The notes: generated from the sequence alone by a model not told the origin. Shown: positions 9,509-20,491, numbered from the stretch's first letter. The stretch: DNA of 64,000 bases from an uncultured Anaerolineales bacterium (GCA_964549495.1 CAZJWJ010000002.1:28559-92558), one strand, 5' to 3'. Made by a program: numbers and translations.

Positions 9509-10719
9509 TCCACTTCCGACTGCGCTACGAGCGCCTCCGCGACGGGTTGGCGCGAGCCCGCCGGCGGCGGCGATGGCTGCGCGCCGCCTGGGTCGCCCTG
9601 CTCCTGCCCTTTGCCGGACTCTTGGCCCACGTGGCCTTCGGCCTGCTCCTGCGGCCCGGCCTGTGGCTGGCCGCCGCGCTCATCTGCGCCCTCCTCCTCG
9701 GCTTGCTGGGCGATCGCCGCGCCGCGCGCGCCGGGCTGGAGCGCGAACTCGATCGACGCTTCGGTCTGGACGATCTGCTGGTCACCGCCGTCGAGGTCGA
9801 TCGGCGCGGCCCGCGCGGCGGCATGGAGAGCCGTCTGCTGGATGATGCGGCCAGCGCGGTGGCCCGGCTGGGACGTCCCAGGCGCTTGGGCCGCGGCAGC
9901 GAGCAGCGCGAGTGGGAGATGCTGGCCGGCCTGGCCCTGATGCTGGCCGGCCTGTGGCTCCTGGCCGGAACCCTGGCCGGTCCGCCGCATGTCGAGCGCC
10001 TGCCCGGTCTGCCCTCGCCGGAGGGCCAGCTGGCTGGACCGGATGCCGAGGGCGGCGATCTGGACGGTGCCGGCATGGCCAGCGCGGCCGGCGCCCATTT
10101 GGCTTCGACGCTGGGTGACCACGCCGCGGCGCGCGAGATCGCACGCGCCCTGGCCTCCGGCGACCCGGCAGCGGCGGCCCGTGCGGCCCGCAGCCTGGCC
10201 GATCGTGCCGGCGGTTTGTCCGAGGCCGGCCGCCAGGCCCTGGGCGACGCCCTGGCCCGGGCCGCGCGCGAATTGAGCGGTCTGGATCCGGAGCTGGCCG
10301 AAGCGCTGGAGGCGGCGCGCCAGGCCCTGGACAGCGAGTCGGCCGAGGCGCGTGCCGCGGGGATCGAGGGATTGGCCGAGGCCATGGACGCCATGGCCCG
10401 GGAGGGGCCGCGGGCCACGCCGCCGCCGATGGCCGCCGAACTGCGCAGCCGACCGCCTTCCGACCTGCTGGCGCCCGATGCCGCGCGTTTGTCGCTGACC
10501 GCTTCGGGCCAGGACTCGGCCCCACGCGCTCGCGGCCGCTCCATCGAGGATGGGGAGGCGGGCGAGCGTCGGCTCGAGCCGACTCCGACCTCCGGCGACA
10601 TCGCGGCCGGCGGCCTGCAGGTCGGCCCGCTGGAGCTGGGCAGTGACCCCTTGCGCGTGCCCTGGGCTCAGCGCGACCTGGTCCGCGAATACTTCGATCC
10701 GCGGGGGCGCGCGCCATGA
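9505..10719 (+). CDS. Membrane-anchored helical protein of MoxR/VWA cluster
   Basis: GTGA overlap with upstream stop; N-terminal TMs, LDRRFGLDDLLVTAVE, C-terminal VPWAQRDLVREYF. Only the 3' part of the listed 902-aa ORF. Confidence 0.7.
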   Translation: MIHFRLRYERLRDGLARARRRRRWLRAAWVALLLPFAGLLAHVAFGLLLRPGLWLAAALICALLLGLLGDRRAARAGLERELDRRFGLDDLLVTAVEVDRRGPRGGMESRLLDDAASAVARLGRPRRLGRGSEQREWEMLAGLALMLAGLWLLAGTLAGPPHVERLPGLPSPEGQLAGPDAEGGDLDGAGMASAAGAHLASTLGDHAAAREIARALASGDPAAAARAARSLADRAGGLSEAGRQALGDALARAARELSGLDPELAEALEAARQALDSESAEARAAGIEGLAEAMDAMAREGPRATPPPMAAELRSRPPSDLLAPDAARLSLTASGQDSAPRARGRSIEDGEAGERRLEPTPTSGDIAAGGLQVGPLELGSDPLRVPWAQRDLVREYFDPRGRAP

Positions 10720-11645
10720 GTTGGTGGAGGCGGGAGGCCGCCGGCGAGCCGGATGCCAGCGCAGGCGGTGATCTGGCCTTCGACGAGGCCTTTCTCCGAC
10801 GCCTGGAACGCATGAGCCTGCGCCTGAAGCGGGTTTCGGAAGGTGTCGGGGGGCGGCCGGGCAGCCGGCGCATGCCAGCGGCCGATTTCATCGACCATCG
10901 GCCCTACAGTCCGGGGGACGATCAGCGTCACATCGACTGGAACGCGGCCGCCCGCCACGAGGAGGTCTTCGTCAAGGTCGGGCGGGTGCTGCAGTCGGCC
11001 GATCTGCAGCTGCTCTTGGATGCCAGCCCGAGCATGGCCGCCAGCGCGCGCAAGTGGCGCAGCGCGCGCCAGCTGGCCGCCGCCCTGAGCTGGATGTCGC
11101 TGGCGCGGGGCGACCGGGTCTCGTTGCACATCTTTCCCGACGGCCAGGACGCGGCACCCGCCGCTCCGCGGCGCGGTACGGCGCCCGGCCGCGAGATCCT
11201 GCGCCAGCTGGCCGGCCTCGAGCCGCGAGCCAGCGAGGCCACGGAGCTCGCGCCCTGTCTCGAGCGCATCGCCCGCGGCCGGCGCGGTGGCCTGGTGGTG
11301 GTCATCAGCGACCTCTGGCTGGTCGACGACCTCGATCGGGCCCTGGCGCGGCTGCCGGCTCCACGCTGGGAGCTGATGCTCCTGCAGCTGCTCGACCCGG
11401 CCGAGCTGCGCCCGGACCTGGACGGCCCAGTCGAGCTGATCGACAGCGAGTCCGGCCAAAGCCTGCGCCTGCAGGTCGACGCGGATCTGCGCCGCGCGTA
11501 CCGGCGGCAGTTGTTGGCCGGCCTGGAGGCCGTCCGGGCCAGCGCGCTGCGGCGCGGCGCCAGCCATGCCCTGCTGCCGGCCGACTGGCCCATCGAGCAG
11601 GCCGTCATCCCCTACCTGCAGCGCCGCGCGCTGCTGGAAGCCTGA
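10716..11645 (+). CDS. DUF58 domain protein (MoxR partner, VWA-like)
   Basis: DFIDHRPYSPGDDQRHIDWNAAAR, LLLDASPSM, VVISDLW; ATGA overlap. Confidence 0.9.
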   Translation: MSWWRREAAGEPDASAGGDLAFDEAFLRRLERMSLRLKRVSEGVGGRPGSRRMPAADFIDHRPYSPGDDQRHIDWNAAARHEEVFVKVGRVLQSADLQLLLDASPSMAASARKWRSARQLAAALSWMSLARGDRVSLHIFPDGQDAAPAAPRRGTAPGREILRQLAGLEPRASEATELAPCLERIARGRRGGLVVVISDLWLVDDLDRALARLPAPRWELMLLQLLDPAELRPDLDGPVELIDSESGQSLRLQVDADLRRAYRRQLLAGLEAVRASALRRGASHALLPADWPIEQAVIPYLQRRALLEA

Positions 11646-11667
11646 TCGCGCCCGGTTCGGTCCTTCG

Positions 11668-13275
11668 ATGAGCATCGGCAGCCCGCTGGGCGCGCTCCTG
11701 TTGCTCGGCCTGCCCCTCGTATTGTGGCTGCATCTGCGGCGGCGCCGGCCGCGTCGCATCCGGGTGCCCAGCCTGACGCCCTGGGCCCGGCTGGCCGCCC
11801 GAACCTTGCCCCGCCGGCGGCGCATCCCGCCCGGCCTCTTGCTCTGGCTCCACTTGGCTGCCGTGGCCGCGATCGGCCTGGCCGCGACCGACCCGCGCCT
11901 GCCGGGTGACGCGGCGCTCGCCCGCCACCGCGCGGTGGTTCTGGACGCCTCGGCCAGCATGGCGGCCGGTGAGCGCTGGGACGAGGCCACCGAGCGCGCC
12001 CGAAGCCTGCTCGACGCCACGCTCGGCGAGCGCACGCTGCTCGTCGCCGACGACGCCCCCAGGGTCCTGGTGGCCCGCGACCCCGACGGACGCGCCGCCC
12101 GCGCTGCCCTGACCGGCCTGGCGCCCAGCCCGAGCGCCGGCATTCGGCTCGACGAAGCCCTCGACCTGGCGCGGGCGGCGGCGGGCGAGGAGGCCGAGAT
12201 CGTGCTGATCTCCGATGGCGGCCTCCCGCTTCCGGACGCGGACGCGCCAGCGGCCCGGCTCGAGGTGGTCGGCGAAGCCATGGACAACCTGGCCATCTCG
12301 CGCGCCGCATTGCGCATCGCTGGCGGCCGGGCGAGCCTCTTCGCGCGGGTGGTCGACTTCGGGCAGACGCCCCGATCCACCGCGCTCCAGCTGCGCGCCG
12401 ACGAGCGCCTGCTCGAGTCCATCCCGCTCGATTGGGAGCGCGGCGGGATCCACGAAGCCGTCTGGCGCCTGCCGGCCGGCACGCGGCAGGTCGAGCTGGC
12501 GCTCGAGCCGGCCGACGCCTGGCCGGAGGACGACCGCCGCCAGCTCGAACTCCGCGCCGATCCGCGCCGGGTTCAGCTGGTCGGCCAGTCCGATCGGCTG
12601 GCCCGGGCCGTGGAGGCCATCCCCGAGCTGCGCCTGGATCGGCCCGGCCTGGCCGACTTCCGCACCGACGGCAGCCCGGATGTCAGCATCTTCGTCGGCG
12701 CCTTGCCCGACCGGCTCCCTCCAGGCGGCGTCCTGGTCGCCGCACCGGAGCCCGGCGGAGCGCTCGAGGTCGGCGCGGTCGAAGCCGGAGGGCCGGCCTC
12801 GAGCGTCGATCGCGTCGCCGACCACCCCCTGCTGGAGGGTCTGGACCTCTTGGGGACCCGCATCGGGGGCCTGCGGGACATCGAGGCTCCGCCCGGCGCC
12901 TCGATCCTGCTCGAGGCCGGCGGCCGGCCGGCCATCCTGAGCTGGAACCGCGCCGATGGGCGCCTCCTGGTCCTGGCCTTCGATCCCGAGGCGGCCGGAC
13001 TGCCCGATCGTCTGGCTTTTCCCCTGCTCGTCGCCCGTGCCGCAGCGTGGTTGGCGGCGCCGACCGAGCGGGCCGAGCCGACCGAGCGCCATGCGCCCGT
13101 CACCGAGCACGACCTGCGGACCCGCGTCGACTGGCCTCGGTCGCCCGCCGCATCCGGCGGCGAGGTCCTGCCAGCCGGCCGAGCCCTCTGGCCCGCCCTG
13201 GTCCTGCTGTCCATCCTTCTGGTCCTGGCCGAGGCGGCGCTGCGCGCGGGCTGGCTGCCGAGCCCGCCCCGATGA
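11668..13275 (+). CDS. BatA-type N-terminal domain plus VWA domain membrane protein
   Basis: LLLLGLPLVLWLHLRRRRPRRIRVPSL (BatA-like), VVLDASASM MIDAS, LISDG, C-terminal TM. Confidence 0.85.
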   Translation: MSIGSPLGALLLLGLPLVLWLHLRRRRPRRIRVPSLTPWARLAARTLPRRRRIPPGLLLWLHLAAVAAIGLAATDPRLPGDAALARHRAVVLDASASMAAGERWDEATERARSLLDATLGERTLLVADDAPRVLVARDPDGRAARAALTGLAPSPSAGIRLDEALDLARAAAGEEAEIVLISDGGLPLPDADAPAARLEVVGEAMDNLAISRAALRIAGGRASLFARVVDFGQTPRSTALQLRADERLLESIPLDWERGGIHEAVWRLPAGTRQVELALEPADAWPEDDRRQLELRADPRRVQLVGQSDRLARAVEAIPELRLDRPGLADFRTDGSPDVSIFVGALPDRLPPGGVLVAAPEPGGALEVGAVEAGGPASSVDRVADHPLLEGLDLLGTRIGGLRDIEAPPGASILLEAGGRPAILSWNRADGRLLVLAFDPEAAGLPDRLAFPLLVARAAAWLAAPTERAEPTERHAPVTEHDLRTRVDWPRSPAASGGEVLPAGRALWPALVLLSILLVLAEAALRAGWLPSPPR

Positions 13276-15857
13276 GCCTCGGCGCCTGGCGCCTGCTATC
13301 GGCCTGGCCGGAGTACCTCGGCTTGGCCCTCGTCCTGGCCCTGCTCGGCGCCTGGATGGAGCGGCGCATGGGCGGATCGCGCCGCGCGGCGGCGCAGCGC
13401 GGTCTGCTGTTGGCCGTCCTCTGTCTGGCCCTGGCCCGGCCGGTCCTGGACGGCGGCGGCGGCTTGCCGCCCTTGCTCCTGGTGGATCGTTCGGCCAGCG
13501 TCGACGCCGAGTCCCGCGAGGCGCTGCTGGCCGAAGCCGGGTCCGCCTTGGCCGACTTGCCGCGCCTGGACTTCGGCAGCTCCGACGACAGCCCCCTGGC
13601 CGCGGCGCTCGATCGAGCCGGCCGGGCCCTTCCGCAAGGGGGGCGGATCTTGCTCCTCTCCGACGGGCGTTGGACCGAGCCGGTGGACTCGGGGCTGTCG
13701 GAGGGCGAGCTTGTCGATGCCCGGGGCGTCCGAGGTCTGGATGGGCGCGGTCCGTCGAGTCGCTCCCCCATCGAGGTGGCGGCGGACATGGTCGGCGCCG
13801 GAATCCACATCGACGCGGTGGCCTTGCCTTCCGTCGGCGGGCGCGACGCGGCCGTCACCGGTATCGACCTGCCGCCCAGCTTCCGCGCCGGCGAGCGGGT
13901 CGACGTCCAGCTGCGGCTGGCCGCGAGCGAGTCGCTGGCGGCCGAGCTCGTCCTCTCCCGCCTGCCCGAGGATCCCGACGACGCAGCCTTGGAGTTGGCC
14001 CGCCGTTCGCTCCGCCTCGAGCCGGGCGAGACCCTGCTGCGACTGGATCTGCGCCCCGAGGCGGCCGGCCCCCTGCGCATCGAGGCCCGCCTGGAGGTCG
14101 AGGGCGACGTCCGAGCCGGCAACGACCGGCTGCAAGCGGCCGCCTGGGTCTCGCCGCCCATGCGGGTGCTGCTGGTGGGCGAAGGCACCGGCGTCATCCG
14201 GTTGGGCGATATCCTGACCGGGGCCGGAATGCCGGCCACCATCATGGCGCCCTCGCTCCTGCCGAGTCAGCTCAGCCGCCTGGAAGCCTGGGACGCGATG
14301 GTGCTGGCCGATGTGCCGGCGGCATCCTTGGGCGTCGACCAGCAGCAGGCGGTGGCCGCCTTCGCCTCGGATCTGGGCCGCGGCCTCCTCTTGACGGCCG
14401 GCCGGCAGAGCTTCCTGCCCGGCGGATGGGAGCACACGCCCCTGGCCGAGATCGCCCCGGTGCTGCTCGACCCGCCGGATCGCGCCAGCCGCGAGGCGGT
14501 GGCCCTGGTCTTCATGATCGACCAATCGGCCTCGATGGGCTCCATCGAGGGCCGGGGCGCCATCAGCAAGCTGGCCCTGGCCCGCGAGGCGGCGCTGCTG
14601 GCCGCCGAGGTCCTCGGACCGGGCGACCAGGTCGGCGTCGTCACCTACGACGATGCCGCCCGCTGGCTGCTGCCCCCGACCGAGGTCGGCGCGGGCCGCA
14701 GCCTGGCCGAGATCGAGGCCGCGCTGGCCGGCCTGGCCACCGGCGGCGGCACCCGCATCCTGGCGGCCCTCGAACTGGCCCTGCCGGCCTTGGCCACCGA
14801 CGTCGATTTGCCCACCCGCCACGCCGTCCTCCTGACCGATGGTCGCGATTTCAACACCGACAGCAGCCAGTACCTCGAAGTGGTGCGGCGCGCCCGGGAT
14901 CGGGACATCAGCCTGTCGACCATCGCCATCGGCAGCGACGCCGACCGCGATCTCCTGGCCCAATTGGCCCGCGCCGGCCGCGGCCGCTTCCACTGGGCGG
15001 CCGAGCCGGCCGATCTGCCCCGCCTGGCCGCCCAGGAAAGCGAGATCCTGCGCGCCCAATCCCAGCAGACCGGCCGCTTCCAGCCGGCGCCCCCGCGCGC
15101 CGCCGCCTCGCCGCTCCTGGCGGGCATCGAGCTGGACGCGCTGCCGCCCGTCGAGGGCTACCTGGCGGTCCGCCCGCGGCCGGGCGCCGAGGTGGCGCTC
15201 GAGCTGCCGGCCGGCGACCCGCTGCTGGCCACCTGGCAGCTGGGCTTGGGCCGCGTGGTGGCCTGGATGAGCGACCTCGGTGAAGCCTGGGCCGTGGACT
15301 GGCCCGATCGCCCGGCCGGCCGCGATCTGTGGCTTCGAAGCCTGCGCTATGCATCCCGCCCGCCGGACGCCGGGCCGCCGGGTTTGAGCATCGAGCGCGC
15401 TCCCGGCTCGGCCCGCATCGAGATCGACCTCTTGACCTCCGGCGGCCAGCCCATCGACCTGGCCGACGCCCGGCTGGTCATGAGCACCACGCCCGCGATC
15501 CTGCACCAGCTGCCCCAGACCGCGCCGGGCCGCTACGCCGCCACCATCCCCCTCCCGCCGACGCCCGGGGCCTGGCCGGCCGCCATCCAGGTCGAGTCGC
15601 CGCAGACCGTCGCCACCCTGCCCCTGGCGCTGTCCCGCCCCTACCCGCCCGAGCTGGTTCCCGTCCCCGCCGATCGGGGCCAGCAAGCGCTGGAGGCCCT
15701 CGTCGCGCTCACGTCCGGCCGGCGCTACACCAGCCTCCCCAGCTTCGACGATCTCGCCGACGGGTCGCGACCGCGCATTCCGCTCTGGCCCTACCTGCTG
15801 GCCATCGCGCTGGCCCTGCTCCTGCTGGAGGTCGCCCGCATCACCCGCTCCCGCTGA
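13272..15857 (+). CDS. Double-VWA protein with Ig-like and glutamine-amidotransferase-like domains
   Basis: LLVDRSASV/LLSDG and FMIDQSASM/LLTDG MIDAS motifs, WDAMVLADVPAASL GATase1-like segment, LWPYLLAIAL C-terminal TM; ATGA overlap. Confidence 0.85.
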   Translation: MSLGAWRLLSAWPEYLGLALVLALLGAWMERRMGGSRRAAAQRGLLLAVLCLALARPVLDGGGGLPPLLLVDRSASVDAESREALLAEAGSALADLPRLDFGSSDDSPLAAALDRAGRALPQGGRILLLSDGRWTEPVDSGLSEGELVDARGVRGLDGRGPSSRSPIEVAADMVGAGIHIDAVALPSVGGRDAAVTGIDLPPSFRAGERVDVQLRLAASESLAAELVLSRLPEDPDDAALELARRSLRLEPGETLLRLDLRPEAAGPLRIEARLEVEGDVRAGNDRLQAAAWVSPPMRVLLVGEGTGVIRLGDILTGAGMPATIMAPSLLPSQLSRLEAWDAMVLADVPAASLGVDQQQAVAAFASDLGRGLLLTAGRQSFLPGGWEHTPLAEIAPVLLDPPDRASREAVALVFMIDQSASMGSIEGRGAISKLALAREAALLAAEVLGPGDQVGVVTYDDAARWLLPPTEVGAGRSLAEIEAALAGLATGGGTRILAALELALPALATDVDLPTRHAVLLTDGRDFNTDSSQYLEVVRRARDRDISLSTIAIGSDADRDLLAQLARAGRGRFHWAAEPADLPRLAAQESEILRAQSQQTGRFQPAPPRAAASPLLAGIELDALPPVEGYLAVRPRPGAEVALELPAGDPLLATWQLGLGRVVAWMSDLGEAWAVDWPDRPAGRDLWLRSLRYASRPPDAGPPGLSIERAPGSARIEIDLLTSGGQPIDLADARLVMSTTPAILHQLPQTAPGRYAATIPLPPTPGAWPAAIQVESPQTVATLPLALSRPYPPELVPVPADRGQQALEALVALTSGRRYTSLPSFDDLADGSRPRIPLWPYLLAIALALLLLEVARITRSR

Positions 15858-15910
15858 GGTGAAGGCTCCGAGAGGAGTGCGACAGCCAACCGAAGTCGGC
15901 CTGCGTTCGA

Positions 15911-15938
15911 TTGCCCGGCCCTACCTTCCCGCTACAAT
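15911..15938 (+). promoter_or_regulatory. sigma70-like promoter TTGCCC-N16-TACAAT
   Basis: -35 at 15911-15916, -10 at 15933-15938; predicted start site coincides with the 5' arm of the hairpin element. Confidence 0.6.
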
Positions 15939-15941
15939 CCC

Positions 15942-16107
15942 TAGTACTCTGTCAAGGAGATGCTTGCGGGCTCGAGCACCGCTGCGTCCGCTGCTGCGGC
16001 CCGCTGCTCCTCGGCAATGGCGCTGCCATTCCCTCGTCACATCGAACCACATCAGCGGCGCTTCGGCGCTCGAGCTACCCGCAAGCATCTCCCTGACAGA
16101 GTACTGG
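15942..16107. ncRNA. ~165-nt rod-shaped structured element; 6S-RNA-like ncRNA candidate (alternative: MITE)
   Basis: Arms TAGTACTCTGTCAAGGAGATGCTTGCGGGCTCGAGC (15942-15977) and GCTCGAGCTACCCGCAAGCATCTCCCTGACAGAGTACTG (16068-16106) are near-perfect complements; inner stems CCGCTG/CAGCGG and AATGGC/GCCATT. Confidence 0.5.
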
Positions 16108-16209
16108 TACACCGCCGCTGTGAATCTTGGGGGTAGCGAGATCGCCGAAGCGCCATGCAGCCCCGGATTCACGACCCCGTCCCGGCCTCGACCACTCCGG
16201 AGCCCTGCC

Positions 16210-17238
<1,029 letters not shown>

Positions 17239-17473
17239 ATGAGCCTCGAGTCGGAATCAGACGCCGGGCCCGCCCCGGGATCCGGCTGGACATCGACGCC
17301 CGCTTCGGCATATCCTGACGCCCGGGGCTGTCAGCCGCGTCAGGACGGATGTCAGCCAAGCGCCGCTCAGGGGTTAAAGAGGTCGACGGGATCCATCCGA
17401 AGCCCCCAAGCCTCGCGCGCCGGCAGGATCGCGACGATCTCACGCGCCCATCGAACTGCAAGGAGCTCGACCG

Positions 17474-20287
17474 ATGTCCACGATCACGCGCCGCCTTTCC
17501 CTGAGCCTAGTTCTCCTCTTGACCACCTTCACCGCTGGAGATCGATCCGGCCACGCGATGCCAGCGGATGAGGCTGGCGACCTGCTCGAAGCCCTCGAGG
17601 CATCGCCCGAACTCGACATGGAGACCGCGATCGCCCGACCCGATGCCAAGTCGGGGTCGCGCATCGGCGATCCGCTCGCGACCGATGTTCCCGCAGCCAA
17701 GGTCTTCGCATTGGGATCGGGAGCGGATTCGCTCCGCAGGATCGAGGAAGGCGCCGGCTTCTCCGCCGAGGCGGTCCCTGGCACGCTTCCCACCCTGAAA
17801 GGCTCGGGCGCCGGCGCTGCGCTCGCCGCATCCGGGCTGCAAGACCATGGCGATGGTCCGCAGTCCCTGCTGCGTCTGCTGGAGGTCACCTGCCCGCCGG
17901 AGTCGATCGACCTGGCCGGCGGCGCCGCGCTCGAAGGCATTCTCGATGCCGGCGACTGCCGCCTGCCCCAGTTCCTGGGCGAGGATACGGATCACGCGCT
18001 GGCCGACAGCTACCGATTCCGGGTGCCGGAGCGCAGCCGCGTGAGCATCGACCATGAGTCGAGTGACTTCGCGCTGGGCGTGGTGCTCTTGGGCGGCCAG
18101 GGGCTCATCCTGATCGACGCGCCCCTGGGCGGTGGCGGCCAGCTCGGCGGCGTCGCTCCGATCCTGCCGCCGGGCGACTACTTCCTCTTCGTCACCTCCG
18201 GCGAGGGCGACAGTAGTGCCAGCGGAGCCTACCGCCTGAACGCGAGCATGTCGGCCCAGGCGCCGCCGGCGCCCTGCACCGCGAGCCCGCTCGTGCCGGG
18301 CGAGACGACCGGGACCACCGACCCGGCCGACTGCCGCTTCTTCGACTACGTGCCGGGCCTCACCCTGCAGTCGCGCACGGATGCCTACGCGCTGGAGATG
18401 GACGCGTCCGGGCGGCTTTCCCTGGGCGTCACGTCGGGCGACTTCTTCCCGGCGGTAGCGGTGGCCTCGAATGGCCGCCTGGTCGACTTCGCCGACGGGG
18501 CCGGGCCCGGGGTGGCGCTCGACATCGCCTTGCCGGCCGGCGCCTATCAGGTGCTGGTCTTCTCCCTGAGCCCGGATACGGGCGCCTACCGGCTGACCAC
18601 CGAGGTCCAGCCCGCGGGCGATGGACGCTGCGAGCCGGAGCCGGCCCTGATCGACGAGGAGATGTCGGGCAGCCTGGCCGAGGGCGACTGCCAGATGGCC
18701 TGGATTGGCGGCGGCGGCGATCAATCCTGGGTGGATCTGTATGCCGTGGTGGTCCCGCAGTTCCTGGATACCTGGAGCATCAGCTTGCAAGCCGACGGCT
18801 TCCACCCGGCGATGCGCTTCTTGGACCTGCAGTTGAATCCCGTCCTGCAGGGCGTCGAGAGCCCGGAGGGATCGCGCATCGACCTGCGCATCGAGAGCGT
18901 CGCGGCCAGCACCTACATCCTGGCGGTCGAGTCCGCCGGACCCGGGATGAGCGAGGGGGATTACGAGCTCGAGGTCGACCTGATTCCGGTGGCCGAGCCG
19001 GTCTGCACGGTGGAGGCGCTGGCGCCAAACGGCAATGCCTCGGGCAGCCTGAGCGACACCGACTGCTACCTGGCCAACAGCTACGGTCAGATCGATACCG
19101 GCTCGCAGATCAGCGATCTCGACGCCAGGCTCGACCAGTACCGGGTGGAGGTCGATCGGCGAGGCCGGCTGAGCGCGAACCTGGGCTCGGCGGAAGTCGA
19201 CATGGCCCTGGTCTTCTACGATGCCGCGGTGACCTACCCCACCATCTACGAGGATCCGGCCAGCATGGACGCCAGCGGATCGGTGATCGTGCAGCCGGGC
19301 ACCTACATCGTCCTGGTCAGCTCGCTGACGCCCGATCTGGGCGACTACCAGCTGCAGCTGGGCTTCGAGCCCCAAGCTGCGCCCGACTGCGGCCCGACGC
19401 CGCTGGGCTTCGGCGCGCCGATGGACGGCGCGCTCACCGAGGGCGACTGCTACTTCGGGGACATCCTGGACGGCGACTTCCTGCAGCGCCGGGCCGACGC
19501 TTACCGGATCAGCCTTCCGGAGCGCGGCCGATTGACGCTGGAGATGTCCTCCGACGAGATCGATGCCTACCTGGAGCTCTATCCCGCCGACGGCGAGGGA
19601 TTGCTCGACTTCGGGCGCGACATCGTTCCGGGCTTCGACCTGGATGCCGCCATCGAGATCCAGCTGCCCGCGGGCGATTACCTGCTGGTGGCCTCCAGCG
19701 ACATCGGCATCGAGTCCGGGAGCTATCGGGTCGAGGCCGACTTCGAAGCCCTGACGGCCGACTGCTCGGCGGCGGACTTGGCCGTGGACGAGACGCGCGA
19801 GGGCAGCCTGACGGAGGAGAGCTGCCGGACCTCCGATCTGCCCGGCGGCGGCTCTCGGGGCGTGGCGACCGACGTCTACCGGCTGATCGTGCCGCAGCTG
19901 GGCCGGCTGGAGATCGAGATGAACAGCGAAGATCCCGCCGGCGGGGTCGACCCGGCGCTCTTCCTCTACAGCAGCGACTGGCAGCTATTGGCCAGCAACG
20001 ACGATCTGGTGTCCGGCATCCTCTTCGACGCCTACCTGCCGCTGGAGATCATCACCGGCGCCTACTACCTGGTGGCGGCGACCAGCACCGGTCTGACCGG
20101 TGGCTACGAGCTGGTGACCAGCTTCGAGCCGGCGGACTACGAGTTCGTCCCGTCGACGCCCGGCACGCCGCGCCCGACGGCCACCGGCGGGCCCATCGAG
20201 CCGACGGCCACGCCGCTGCCGCCCACGACCGAGACGCCGGCGGGACCCGGCGGGGAGATCTACCTGCCGGTGCTGCGCAAGGACTGA
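17474..20287 (+). CDS. Large secreted protein with six tandem PPC-like beta-sandwich modules, PT linker and YLP tail
   Basis: AAGGAG RBS, signal peptide, six ~120-aa repeats each with C...GxLxxxDC...D.Y...G.Y; ends GEIYLPVLRKD. Confidence 0.8.
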   Translation: MSTITRRLSLSLVLLLTTFTAGDRSGHAMPADEAGDLLEALEASPELDMETAIARPDAKSGSRIGDPLATDVPAAKVFALGSGADSLRRIEEGAGFSAEAVPGTLPTLKGSGAGAALAASGLQDHGDGPQSLLRLLEVTCPPESIDLAGGAALEGILDAGDCRLPQFLGEDTDHALADSYRFRVPERSRVSIDHESSDFALGVVLLGGQGLILIDAPLGGGGQLGGVAPILPPGDYFLFVTSGEGDSSASGAYRLNASMSAQAPPAPCTASPLVPGETTGTTDPADCRFFDYVPGLTLQSRTDAYALEMDASGRLSLGVTSGDFFPAVAVASNGRLVDFADGAGPGVALDIALPAGAYQVLVFSLSPDTGAYRLTTEVQPAGDGRCEPEPALIDEEMSGSLAEGDCQMAWIGGGGDQSWVDLYAVVVPQFLDTWSISLQADGFHPAMRFLDLQLNPVLQGVESPEGSRIDLRIESVAASTYILAVESAGPGMSEGDYELEVDLIPVAEPVCTVEALAPNGNASGSLSDTDCYLANSYGQIDTGSQISDLDARLDQYRVEVDRRGRLSANLGSAEVDMALVFYDAAVTYPTIYEDPASMDASGSVIVQPGTYIVLVSSLTPDLGDYQLQLGFEPQAAPDCGPTPLGFGAPMDGALTEGDCYFGDILDGDFLQRRADAYRISLPERGRLTLEMSSDEIDAYLELYPADGEGLLDFGRDIVPGFDLDAAIEIQLPAGDYLLVASSDIGIESGSYRVEADFEALTADCSAADLAVDETREGSLTEESCRTSDLPGGGSRGVATDVYRLIVPQLGRLEIEMNSEDPAGGVDPALFLYSSDWQLLASNDDLVSGILFDAYLPLEIITGAYYLVAATSTGLTGGYELVTSFEPADYEFVPSTPGTPRPTATGGPIEPTATPLPPTTETPAGPGGEIYLPVLRKD

Positions 20288-20309
20288 TCCCCGGGACCCC
20301 CACAAAGAT

Positions 20310-20340
20310 GGCGCCCCTCGCCACGCGGGCGAGGGGCGCC
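20310..20340. terminator. Perfect 13-bp hairpin between convergent genes
   Basis: GGCGCCCCTCGCC-ACGCG-GGCGAGGGGCGCC, 22 nt after the stop at 20287. Confidence 0.65.
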
Positions 20341-20491
20341 GTAGGGGAGGGCCGCGCCGATGCCTATCGCAAGGGCCGGCAGCGGACGCGGATGCGCCCG
20401 CGGGCTTCAAGGGTGTCGTGCAGGTCGAAGGCGTTCAAGGATCCGGTCGGCAAGGCTCTCTGTTGCACTTAACCCCGCGCTGGCGGAGAAG

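Noticed and set aside
15990-16060. SRP (4.5S) RNA reading of the hairpin's minus strand (GAGG...AGCAG)
   Set aside because: Lacks the GNRA-capped short stem between CAGG and AGCAG that defines helix 8.
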